Shown: positions 1 to 9,013 of the stretch, piece after piece
Layout of the letters: each line of letters starts with the position of its first letter
Position numbering within the stretch: position 1 is the stretch's first letter
IMG/VR virus record: IMGVR_UViG_3300020477_000059
Location: 1-40,347 of that record
Direction: 5' to 3' (one strand)
Origin: a virus
Lineage: Duplodnaviria > Caudoviricetes
DNA length: 40,347 nucleotides
Translations under genes and position numbers: made by a program
Notes under the pieces: model-generated
Told to the model about the DNA's origin: nothing
Databases searched by the model: none
The model's input: only the letters and a program-made list of their open reading frames with translations

Positions 1-1
1 C

Positions 2-3000
2 GTCAATGATTCCAAATATGAATTGAACGTGTATCATAATGGACTTAACGACATCAAAAAAGACTTCACCAAAGTGGCTGATAACGACAAGCCTGGCCAT
101 TTTGGTTCTAAGAAATTTGTTATATATGGAGGACAAACCAATGATTACGGTGCTGGAAAGGCAGCTGCCTCTGGAGAGAATCAAATTGCAGAAATGTTTG
201 CTTTCGATGATTCTTTGTCCAACGTAAGAAGGCAGCAGATGGAAAGATATTTGTGTGACAAATACGATATCACAATGAAAGATAGTAGTTATCTTTCCCA
301 ATTCGAAGGTGGACCCACCGGAATTTCTTTTCCAAATCATGCACTCAGCACACAACCGTCTTCCTCATTAAATAATTATACTTCCAAGTATTCAAGAAAG
401 TTCGTGCAGGCCATTGGAGCAGAGGAGATAAGGGGAAATAAGATAAATCACGAAACCGCTGCTGGAGCATTTGTTAAGAATACTACGGAATCTGGACTAT
501 TGACGGAATCAACTGGTTCCCTTTCCTTACGAGCATGGGTACGAGTGGAGGACACGGGAAGTAGTGGTAAACATGGCGGTGGCCATGTTGCTCTCGTCGC
601 CCACGCAACATCACCTTGGGGTCACAAGATGGACAATATCAAGGGATACGCATTAAAGTTCGGAACATTCAAAGATGGCGCGGATGCAGACAACAACACC
701 AACGAGGGCACAAATTTAAAATTCAGATTTTCTGCCAGAGATTCCAGAAAGCAATACGATGGATCACCATCTGGGTTTGGAGATCAAGATCTCACTATAA
801 CAGATATAAACCTTTCCGAATCCAGCTGGTATCAGATGAGGTTCGATGTTATTCATTCCGGTTCCCACGCGTTGGCAGAGACAGCAAATGAAACAAGAAC
901 CATAAGCACGTTTGCGAATAACACTGCTTTATCTGCCTCCATTGGCACAGCAGCATATTGGAATGATGCAATCGGTACTGGATCAGCTGATTATTATAAT
1001 GGAATTCGGATGCTCTCGAACACCCGATATCCAAACGAAATGCTTTCTTGCTCACACCTCGACTGGACTTCGGTTGGCGATATGACGGTGACTGCCTCCT
1101 CGTATTGGGATGAGAATCTTCGAGCAGCTTCTGGAGGCAGAGATGGAGAGTTTACTTACTCCACCTGGCTTTATATGGGACCATACCAGGAAACTAATCA
1201 CCCAAGGATTTTTGAACTTGGGTCAAATCTCTCATTTGCTTTGGGATATGGTAGGTCCGAAGAACAAATCTGGTGCGGATACACGTACAATAGTTGGAAT
1301 TCAAATCATGTTTACTTTGCAAACTCCAAACTAGACTTCAATACGTGGAATCACGTTTTGGTAACAGGAAAAGCAGCACTGGATGGTGGAGATAACGTGG
1401 CACCAATTTTGTATCTTAACGGAATTAAATTAAACACATATGACGGTTCCAACGGAGCAGGACCATCTGTTTCTTGGTCGGGCACTCAAGCCACCGGAGG
1501 AACTCTCCGCATTGGAAATAACGCGGCCCAAGACAGAAAGTTTGAAGACACGAATTTTAGAAATGCCTGCGTGTGGAACAAGATTTTGTCAGATGCTGAA
1601 TGCGAAGCAGTTTATGCCACAGGCAGCATGATATTGCCCACCTCAGTCCAGTCAGCTCGAAATCTTCTCAAGTCCGCCCTAACAGGATCATCACCGGCAG
1701 CATCTTATTATGTCGGTGAATCAGAAGATCCCTCCATCAAGCTAGGATCAAGTCCAAACCAAGCCTACTGGAACAACAACCTCACAACAAACAACGGGGA
1801 CATCACTTTCATGGGATGGGTTCAGCAAGGATATTGGGATCAGACGTGGAATTGCATCTTCGGTGGTGGACAACATTCGGGAGCAAGTATAAATCGAGTG
1901 AGACTCTACTACAACATGACAGATAAACACTTTCACTTCAATATATCGTATGGTGGGCAGCACCTTGTCTACGATACCGCAGACAATTCAGTTCCGAACT
2001 CGGATATGCGAAGATGGGCCCACATTGCTCTAGTGTTCCAAAGACCGACAACTTGGTCATCAGGCCATGCCCATCCAGGAAATATCGAACCAATAATCTA
2101 CCTTAATGGAAAACCAATTCCGTGGTCATCCACCCCTAGTACTCCCGGATCTAACTTGTCCGTAAATGCAATGGATTATGATATGGAGTTGGGAACAGAC
2201 ACAGACAACGATCATAGTGCTAGAAGTCAGTCGTTCAGGCACTTTGGAATCTGGAATGAGAGATTGACTCCCGCACAAGTTCAAACAGCATACAATAACG
2301 GGGTGATTACTTCGGCACTCACTGTCCACTCTAGTACTCCAAAGGGGTACTGGCCATTGGACAACCCAACAACATCCAATTCCTACACAAACTTTGATGG
2401 CACAAGTGATTGCCTAGAGTCACACAACTACCCTCGCATCTGGAACAGTAGGTTGCTAAAAGAAGGGCAGGCAAATAATCCAGGAAAATTCACATTCTCA
2501 GGATGGTTCTATTCTGCTGACTGGTCCGGCATGGGATCTTACCGAAGACTGTTTCAATTGGGTGCCGAAAACATCGCGTGCTGGTGGCATTCAGATGAAC
2601 TCTACCTTAACGTACAATATGATGACGTAAGGAGAGAGGATGCCCGTCGAGCTAGGTGGAAGTGGCCATCTTGGACTCCATCTGACAACGCATGGCAACA
2701 TATCGTCATTGTTTTTGACGGTTCAACGACATACGGAACCGTAACTGCCCCAACTCTCTATGTCAATGGGTCTTCGCAAGGGGCCGGAACACTGGTTGGA
2801 GGAGACACAAATGCAAACTCTGGTGATCGAGTCGGATATATTCAAAGTAATGGACTGTGCATTGGAAATAGGACAAACTTAGATCGAACATGGAACGGAA
2901 GAATAAAGGAGTGTGCATTCTGGAACGAGACACTGACTTCCGGAAATGTCACCTCCCTATACAACAGTGGAACTCCTGCTTCCGCAAAAACGATTAATTA

Positions 3001-4393
3001 TGAAGATCTTATTGGGTATTTTCCCATGACTTCCAACTTTAACGATTACTCAAAACACGGACAGGGACTCCATGAATGGTCTTTGAGTCCAAGAGGTGAT
3101 GCTAAAATTGTGGGGATGACCTATCCAGACTCCACATCGAACAATGCTGCCGTCTGCGAGAAGATCGTTAATCACGAGTATATTCAAGATAATTTTGCTG
3201 ATGAATCTGGCAACGGTGCCACCGTCATAATGCGAGCTGGCAATACCACAAATATATACAATCAGTCATCACAGATCTATACAATGCCGATTGTGTTTGA
3301 TGCTAAAAGAGGGCAGTTTACTATTTCTGCATGGGTCTACCCTACTGCGAGAGGAGATAGTTCTGGAAACTCCAGCAAATATGTTGCAAGTACGATTGTT
3401 CAGTTGTCCAACAAAGACTGGTATCACAACGGTGGTAGCATCTACCCTACAAATCATTTTGGAATTTGCGATGAAGGGTATCTTGTTTACACAATGGGAC
3501 TTTATGAGAGGGACGAAGGCGCAGGGGGAGATGACATCTATGCTTACAGATCCAATACAACTATCCCACTGAATCAGTGGTCGCATGTTGCAGTCACCGT
3601 ATCAACAGCTGTCAATGGGGACAAGAACGTAGCAAGAGCTTCTTTTGAGTTTTTTAAAGATGGGGTCCGACTTGGTAAAACTGCTGAAAACAATTATTCC
3701 GGCGGCAACCTAGACGGATGGAACGGATTAGCAGACGATCCGCAGGGAAGATCTCAACCCCTCATCGGCAACGGAACAAGTTACGGGAAGACGAGCACAT
3801 ATAGTGACGCGATAGTCGAAAACTTCACAGGAAAAATAGGACAAGTTTCCATCTGGGCAGGAAGGTTGACTGAAGGAAAAATAAGGAGACTATACAATAC
3901 CGGATCAATGGGGGAAGATAATATTTTGGTTTCTGGTTCGGACGGCAACAACACTTTGGAGAAGTGCATTGGATTTTGGAAGATGGGAGTTAACCAAACC
4001 GCAGCCGGTCACATAACCGACGAGTTAGGAAACAATACGGCAATAACATCTAGTGCAGGAATTACCTTTACATCCGAAACCAGTGCGTTTATGGGAACAT
4101 ATCAGATTGCCGAAACCAATACTGCCAACGATACCCTGAAAGCTTTCTATAGACTTAAAGAGGACGACTCTTGGACCCAAATTGGCACCAAGACACTGCG
4201 CGCAGGAGTAGACAACAGCTATAGGTGGAAAAAGAACGACACAAAAGCTTCTGGCTCCCTCATGCCCGCTCAAAATGCTAGATATAACGGATACTATGTT
4301 GCGTTAAGTTCTAGTACTGGTGATAGACTTTCAACTAAATATTACATAGACAATTTTCAAATCTTAACTGATCATAATGAGGACGATAAATAA
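2..4393 (+). CDS. Large virion-surface protein with four LamG/concanavalin A-like domains, 5'-truncated by the window edge; paralog of the next two genes
   Basis: Frame is open from nt 2 (VNDSKYELNVYHNG), so TTG at 23 is not the true start. Repeated LamG signatures (FT.S.W.Y, W.HV.V, LY.NG, L.IGN, ..WN..L...E...LY..G). Shares EMFAFDDSLSNVRRQQMERYL and ALVAHATSPWGHKMDNIKGYALKFGTF with the two downstream ORFs. Confidence 0.85.
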   Translation, partial: VNDSKYELNVYHNGLNDIKKDFTKVADNDKPGHFGSKKFVIYGGQTNDYGAGKAAASGENQIAEMFAFDDSLSNVRRQQMERYLCDKYDITMKDSSYLSQFEGGPTGISFPNHALSTQPSSSLNNYTSKYSRKFVQAIGAEEIRGNKINHETAAGAFVKNTTESGLLTESTGSLSLRAWVRVEDTGSSGKHGGGHVALVAHATSPWGHKMDNIKGYALKFGTFKDGADADNNTNEGTNLKFRFSARDSRKQYDGSPSGFGDQDLTITDINLSESSWYQMRFDVIHSGSHALAETANETRTISTFANNTALSASIGTAAYWNDAIGTGSADYYNGIRMLSNTRYPNEMLSCSHLDWTSVGDMTVTASSYWDENLRAASGGRDGEFTYSTWLYMGPYQETNHPRIFELGSNLSFALGYGRSEEQIWCGYTYNSWNSNHVYFANSKLDFNTWNHVLVTGKAALDGGDNVAPILYLNGIKLNTYDGSNGAGPSVSWSGTQATGGTLRIGNNAAQDRKFEDTNFRNACVWNKILSDAECEAVYATGSMILPTSVQSARNLLKSALTGSSPAASYYVGESEDPSIKLGSSPNQAYWNNNLTTNNGDITFMGWVQQGYWDQTWNCIFGGGQHSGASINRVRLYYNMTDKHFHFNISYGGQHLVYDTADNSVPNSDMRRWAHIALVFQRPTTWSSGHAHPGNIEPIIYLNGKPIPWSSTPSTPGSNLSVNAMDYDMELGTDTDNDHSARSQSFRHFGIWNERLTPAQVQTAYNNGVITSALTVHSSTPKGYWPLDNPTTSNSYTNFDGTSDCLESHNYPRIWNSRLLKEGQANNPGKFTFSGWFYSADWSGMGSYRRLFQLGAENIACWWHSDELYLNVQYDDVRREDARRARWKWPSWTPSDNAWQHIVIVFDGSTTYGTVTAPTLYVNGSSQGAGTLVGGDTNANSGDRVGYIQSNGLCIGNRTNLDRTWNGRIKECAFWNETLTSGNVTSLYNSGTPASAKTINYEDLIGYFPMTSNFNDYSKHGQGLHEWSLSPRGDAKIVGMTYPDSTSNNAAVCEKIVNHEYIQDNFADESGNGATVIMRAGNTTNIYNQSSQIYTMPIVFDAKRGQFTISAWVYPTARGDSSGNSSKYVASTIVQLSNKDWYHNGGSIYPTNHFGICDEGYLVYTMGLYERDEGAGGDDIYAYRSNTTIPLNQWSHVAVTVSTAVNGDKNVARASFEFFKDGVRLGKTAENNYSGGNLDGWNGLADDPQGRSQPLIGNGTSYGKTSTYSDAIVENFTGKIGQVSIWAGRLTEGKIRRLYNTGSMGEDNILVSGSDGNNTLEKCIGFWKMGVNQTAAGHITDELGNNTAITSSAGITFTSETSAFMGTYQIAETNTANDTLKAFYRLKEDDSWTQIGTKTLRAGVDNSYRWKKNDTKASGSLMPAQNARYNGYYVALSSSTGDRLSTKYYIDNFQILTDHNEDDK

Positions 4394-4416
4394 TCGCAAT
4401 CCTGGAGGAACTTTAA

Positions 4417-6426
4417 ATGACTGCTTCTAAATTCGTATTCGTAGGACAACCACACGATCCTTACACAATTTCGGGATCAGACCCGTATAACTCTTTTAAT
4501 AGGCCAGCAGACGGAGCAGGGAATGCTAGACTTGCTGCTTGGTATAACTGTGATATTGGAAACTTTGTGACAGGAACATTGGTAGATAACAGCAACGGCT
4601 CCTTGTGGATGCTTCGAGATATTTCTGGAAACTCTAAAGTTCCAGGACTCGACTCAGTTCAAAGAAACCTTTACAGAGGCACCGATCATCGTCCAATTAT
4701 AACGGGCAGTGGTTTAGGTCCGTTCAACGCAAGCAATCACCACCTATCGGGGGATGCCCAAAATTGTTTGATGGGATCGAACGAACTTGACGGTATCCAA
4801 CGATCAGTCCACCTGCAAAATGCTCCTATGGAGTCTATATCCAACCTGGCATCCAATGATGCGAACTCTTTAAGTTGGGTTTCTGGTTCAAAAACAACTG
4901 ACACCAATGTCGGAATGGAGGGTGCAAGATCTATTTTTGTATCAATGAGACTGAAGAATGAAGGCAATGACGGATACCAAGCAGATCAGGACTATCCGTT
5001 TACCGTAACATACCCTTCATGTGGCAACGCAGACAACCGAAACGGTGAAAGAGGTCCATTCTCTCTTGGACTGGCACACGGTGGAGAGGAATGGGGAACA
5101 AACACTTCACCACACAACGGAAAAAGGATGATGGTTCTCTACTACAGAGATAATGACGGCGATGTTCGATGTTTTAACGAAGCACCTCTGGGTTACTGGC
5201 CAGACACATTTCATGCTTTATCTATGACGTATGATAACCAAAACGCAACCAAATCATCCCATACCGGCGGGGCATCCACTGCTAATTGGAAAATAAATGC
5301 TTATAGAAATAGTCTTCCGGTCATCATGATAACAGGTTCAGACGTAACCAAGAGAACGGGGATGTGGCACCACGAAAACACCACAGACCAGGATACCGGA
5401 AGAAGCTATCCTCGTCATTATAGACCCACCATCTTCATGGGCGGCCACGATGATTACGGCGGTGGCAAAATAATGGACTCAAATATGGAGAATTTCCGAA
5501 ACGCAATCCATGAATATTTCGTTTTCGACGACGCCTTGTCTGACATTAGACGACAACAGATGGAGAGATATTTGTGTGATAGGCTGGATCTAAAACAATC
5601 TTCATCCTCCCACCTGTCGGAATTCAGAGGAGGACCACAAGGGCAGGCATATTTGCATACAAGATTAACAACAAACACTTTGGCGGGAAATGGTGACTAT
5701 TGCAGGGCATACAGTCAAATGGAACGAACAACCGGAAGGGAAAAAGTGGATTATGAAACTGCTGCTGGAGCATTTCTTAGATCTACTGCCGACAACGGTG
5801 CCTTCTATCGAGTCCCCAGTACGTCAGCAATCAGACTTGAGTCTTGGGTTCGAGCAGAGAATCTGGATGATGCCAAGCATGATGGAAGTCACATTGCTTT
5901 AGTAGCAAAAGCAACGTCACCATTCGGGCACCAGATGGACAGCATTAAGGGATATGCACTAAAGTTTGGAACATTTAAGGATGGCGCGCACGTATCAACT
6001 GCTACTCCACGACTTCGTTTGAGTTTGCGAAACTCAGATCAATGGAAGGACGGTGGCACTACTGAATCATGCGGAGACATCGATCTTTCCCACGGCTCCA
6101 TTACGATGGCAGTGGACAAGTGGTTCAAGATAAGAATAACAGTGACCCCTTCGGGACATGCCTATGACTATATTCAGTGTCAGGCAAGTCTTGATGGTTC
6201 AACTTGGCATACTCTACAGGACGGTTCCAGCAATACATCCTGGAAAGTTATGAGGGAAGATGCAAACTATCGTTACTGGTGTAATGATGCAGACTTTTCG
6301 TCAAGAGTACGCAGTCAGAATGGTATCCATAATGGATATTGGGTTGCGATGAAGACCACTGACGGAACAAGAATGGACACAAGATATTATATTGACGGGT
6401 TTACATGTATGGTAGACACAATTTAA
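4417..6426 (+). CDS. Putative virion lectin-like protein, 669 aa (LamG-like N region plus conserved C-terminal beta domain); paralog family member 2
   Basis: SD GGAGG upstream; LAAWY..D...LRDISGN and EYFVFDDALSDIRRQQMERYL motifs; strong similarity to both neighbours. Confidence 0.8.
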   Translation: MTASKFVFVGQPHDPYTISGSDPYNSFNRPADGAGNARLAAWYNCDIGNFVTGTLVDNSNGSLWMLRDISGNSKVPGLDSVQRNLYRGTDHRPIITGSGLGPFNASNHHLSGDAQNCLMGSNELDGIQRSVHLQNAPMESISNLASNDANSLSWVSGSKTTDTNVGMEGARSIFVSMRLKNEGNDGYQADQDYPFTVTYPSCGNADNRNGERGPFSLGLAHGGEEWGTNTSPHNGKRMMVLYYRDNDGDVRCFNEAPLGYWPDTFHALSMTYDNQNATKSSHTGGASTANWKINAYRNSLPVIMITGSDVTKRTGMWHHENTTDQDTGRSYPRHYRPTIFMGGHDDYGGGKIMDSNMENFRNAIHEYFVFDDALSDIRRQQMERYLCDRLDLKQSSSSHLSEFRGGPQGQAYLHTRLTTNTLAGNGDYCRAYSQMERTTGREKVDYETAAGAFLRSTADNGAFYRVPSTSAIRLESWVRAENLDDAKHDGSHIALVAKATSPFGHQMDSIKGYALKFGTFKDGAHVSTATPRLRLSLRNSDQWKDGGTTESCGDIDLSHGSITMAVDKWFKIRITVTPSGHAYDYIQCQASLDGSTWHTLQDGSSNTSWKVMREDANYRYWCNDADFSSRVRSQNGIHNGYWVAMKTTDGTRMDTRYYIDGFTCMVDTI

Positions 6427-6456
6427 AAATTTTAAACTTTAAGGAGATTATTAAAA

Positions 6457-8514
6457 ATGGCAAAAACAGATTTCACATTCGTAGGTCAACCACACGATCC
6501 CAGATCCATTTCAGGTTCCGACCCGTACAATGCTTTGACCAGTGCAGGTCAAGAAAAAGCAAACACAATAGGCACAGCAAGGTTGGCATTTTGGTATAAA
6601 TTCGATCCTGGATGCATCAGAACAACTCAAAACTTCTTCAACCATGCGACCTCCTTCCCAGGCCCGTCGAAAAGAACTTTTCCGGGGTCTAATTTTTCTA
6701 CGGAAGGAGGAGCCAAACCACCTCCAGTTGAAATCATTTACGACGTATCGGGAAATTCTAGAGAATTTGATACTTTCAGCAACAGGGTAAATAGTCAAGG
6801 TTCTGAAACCAGGGTAACAAGGCACATGTATAGGCTGGGAGATAACTATTATGACGGAATTGTATCTGGATCTCAAGATAACGGTGTCAAAAACAGTAAC
6901 TATAGAGTAACTGGAGACGATCAGTATTTTCTAATGGGTTCCGAAACAAGAAATTCGTCCACGAGAGAAGTTTGTTATACATCAACCACAAACGCACAGA
7001 GTTACAGAGATCATGGCGAAAACAACCAGGGATACAACATGTGGGTTACAGGAAACATCACTCATGGTGCTTCTGTTGACACGACAAAATCGAATGTAAT
7101 GCCTGGTGGTTACTCCCTCTTTACCACGATGAGATACAACGCAGATGAAGCAGGTCAAGATTCTTGGCAAACCGACACGGATTACCCACTTTATGTTTCT
7201 TATCCGGGCACATACCCACACGATCTCAACAACAGCGAACACAACACTTTTAGTCTTGGGTTGACGCATGATGGTGGTGGGGCTTACCGAACACTTGAGT
7301 CTGTACATAGAAGAAAAGACAATGGGGACACGATTAAAACAAGAGGTTCAACCACGGATTTGCCCGACACTTGGCACGTTTTATCGATGACATACGACAA
7401 TCAAACCAACATAGGTGTGGATGTAACTTCCAGCTACTACGTTGGAGGTCAACAGGAGGCAATCCTCAAATATGACTACAATAACTCATCTGCCCCGAAG
7501 AACGAAAATGATCACTGCGGTGTCGTGATTGGGGGGAATTCCGCCACCGGCGGTGGAGATATAGATACCTCTGACATGACCACCGATCACATTAATGGTT
7601 GGCATGAGTTTTTTGCTTTCGATGATACTCTGTCAAACATCAGAAGACAGCAGATGGAAAAGTACCTATCCGATAGACTTGAGTTAGCAATGTCGTCTTC
7701 CACTTATTTGCCAGAGTTTGATGGCGGTGCTGCGGGAGTTACTTTTGCTCACGATCAACTTTCAAATGCTTTGTCCGGAGAGAGTCAGGGATCTGCCTGT
7801 AGAAGATATTGGATGCAGAATACTGGTTCTGGTGATGTAGGTCCGGTAAAGTTGCACGAAGTCGCAGGTGGCGCGTTCGTCAAGTCCTCTGTCGATTCTG
7901 GAGCATATTACAGGATGAGCAGCACAGAGGCAGTTCAGATGACGATGTGGGTTCGAGCAGAGAACTTGGACGATGCAAAACATGATGGGAGTCATGTTGC
8001 TCTGGTAGCAAAGGCAACGTCACCATTCGGACATCAAATGGACAACATCAAGGGCTATGCCATGAAATTCGGCACGTTCAATAACGGAGCAGATTCGGGA
8101 AATACTCCGTCATTTAGGTTAAGTCTTAGGAACTCTGATGAGTGGCTGGATGGAACAACATCGGGGTCATCTTCTGACATTGCGTTGTCTTCCGGTGGTT
8201 TTTCTGTTGCTGCCGATACGTGGTATCAGATGAAGTTAGAGGTGATTCCGGCAGGGTTTAACTACGATCACATCAAGACGTATGTTCGTGTAGCGGGTGG
8301 CAATTGGACTGCTTTCGGAGATGTGATCGTTTACAATGATGACAGAAGATACAGACACTGGTGGGATGATAACCTGGAAGAGACAAAAAGAGTCCGAACT
8401 CCAAATGGTACTCACAATGGGTATTATGTAGCAATGAGTTCCAGTGATGGACATAGACTGACAACATCTTATTACATAGATGAATTTACAATAAAAACAG
8501 ACACGGTTCTTTAA
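6457..8514 (+). CDS. Putative virion lectin-like protein, 685 aa; paralog family member 3
   Basis: SD AAGGAG; N-terminal FVGQPHDP..ISGSDPYN shared with 4417 ORF; block WVRAENLDDAKHDGSH.ALVAKATSPFGHQMD nearly identical. Confidence 0.8.
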   Translation: MAKTDFTFVGQPHDPRSISGSDPYNALTSAGQEKANTIGTARLAFWYKFDPGCIRTTQNFFNHATSFPGPSKRTFPGSNFSTEGGAKPPPVEIIYDVSGNSREFDTFSNRVNSQGSETRVTRHMYRLGDNYYDGIVSGSQDNGVKNSNYRVTGDDQYFLMGSETRNSSTREVCYTSTTNAQSYRDHGENNQGYNMWVTGNITHGASVDTTKSNVMPGGYSLFTTMRYNADEAGQDSWQTDTDYPLYVSYPGTYPHDLNNSEHNTFSLGLTHDGGGAYRTLESVHRRKDNGDTIKTRGSTTDLPDTWHVLSMTYDNQTNIGVDVTSSYYVGGQQEAILKYDYNNSSAPKNENDHCGVVIGGNSATGGGDIDTSDMTTDHINGWHEFFAFDDTLSNIRRQQMEKYLSDRLELAMSSSTYLPEFDGGAAGVTFAHDQLSNALSGESQGSACRRYWMQNTGSGDVGPVKLHEVAGGAFVKSSVDSGAYYRMSSTEAVQMTMWVRAENLDDAKHDGSHVALVAKATSPFGHQMDNIKGYAMKFGTFNNGADSGNTPSFRLSLRNSDEWLDGTTSGSSSDIALSSGGFSVAADTWYQMKLEVIPAGFNYDHIKTYVRVAGGNWTAFGDVIVYNDDRRYRHWWDDNLEETKRVRTPNGTHNGYYVAMSSSDGHRLTTSYYIDEFTIKTDTVL

Positions 8515-8539
8515 TATAGAAAAATAGGAGAAAAACAAA

Positions 8540-8950
8540 ATGAGAAGGGGATTACAAGTAATATCGGGAAGCAGCGTCATCCATAGTTTCATGGATGACG
8601 GGGAAGTCGTATTCGGTAATAGTGTAAATGGATTTACACTGGGAATTTCTGGCAGCGCTGAGCTGGGTAGAAGAACAAACAACATTGCTGACGTTACTAA
8701 AATTAACGGTTCTTTTAGAATTCCGAGGTATAGTGGGGCAACAGAAAGTGATGTTGCGATCTTGAATACCTTGGCAGCATCACCGGCAACTTATAATGGA
8801 TATATTATTTATCTTAACTCAGCCGGACTCACCGCAGGGGCCACAGTTGGATCGACAACAATTAGTGCTGCTGCCGGAACATACTTTGCTATTGGCCATC
8901 GGTGGTATTTTTGCCGTGATGGACAATGGGATGCAGATCGATTTGCATAG
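8540..8950 (+). CDS. 136-aa protein resembling the joined N- and C-termini of the downstream giant fibre
   Basis: SD AGGAG; RGLQVISGS vs RGLAVITGS; KINGSFRI...GYIIYL...RWYFCRDGQW...FA vs TINGSLQL...GQMVYV...KFYFCEEGVW...FA. Confidence 0.8.
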   Translation: MRRGLQVISGSSVIHSFMDDGEVVFGNSVNGFTLGISGSAELGRRTNNIADVTKINGSFRIPRYSGATESDVAILNTLAASPATYNGYIIYLNSAGLTAGATVGSTTISAAAGTYFAIGHRWYFCRDGQWDADRFA

Positions 8951-8968
8951 AATTTAACAAAACTTTTA

Positions 8969-8976
8969 ACTACTTA
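8969..8976 (+). promoter_or_regulatory. Candidate late promoter motif ACTACTTA
   Basis: ACTAYTTA recurs in intergenic gaps ahead of structural genes; 37 nt before ATG 9014. Confidence 0.55.
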
Positions 8977-9013
8977 ACGAAATAATGTTCGAAAAGAACG
9001 GAGGGATAAAAAA

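Noticed and set aside
872-4126. The large in-frame insertion in gene 1 as an intein or intron
   Set aside because: No C/S...HN splice motifs and no homing endonuclease; the insert consists of LamG-like domains
6422-6436. AT-only near-palindrome TTTAAAAATTTTAAA
   Set aside because: Low complexity, single occurrence, no GC stem
5845-8079. Similar ~130-nt blocks in paralogs 2 and 3 as a possible DGR template/variable repeat pair
   Set aside because: Mismatches are mostly synonymous and not confined to adenines; both copies are in-frame coding; no reverse transcriptase in the window
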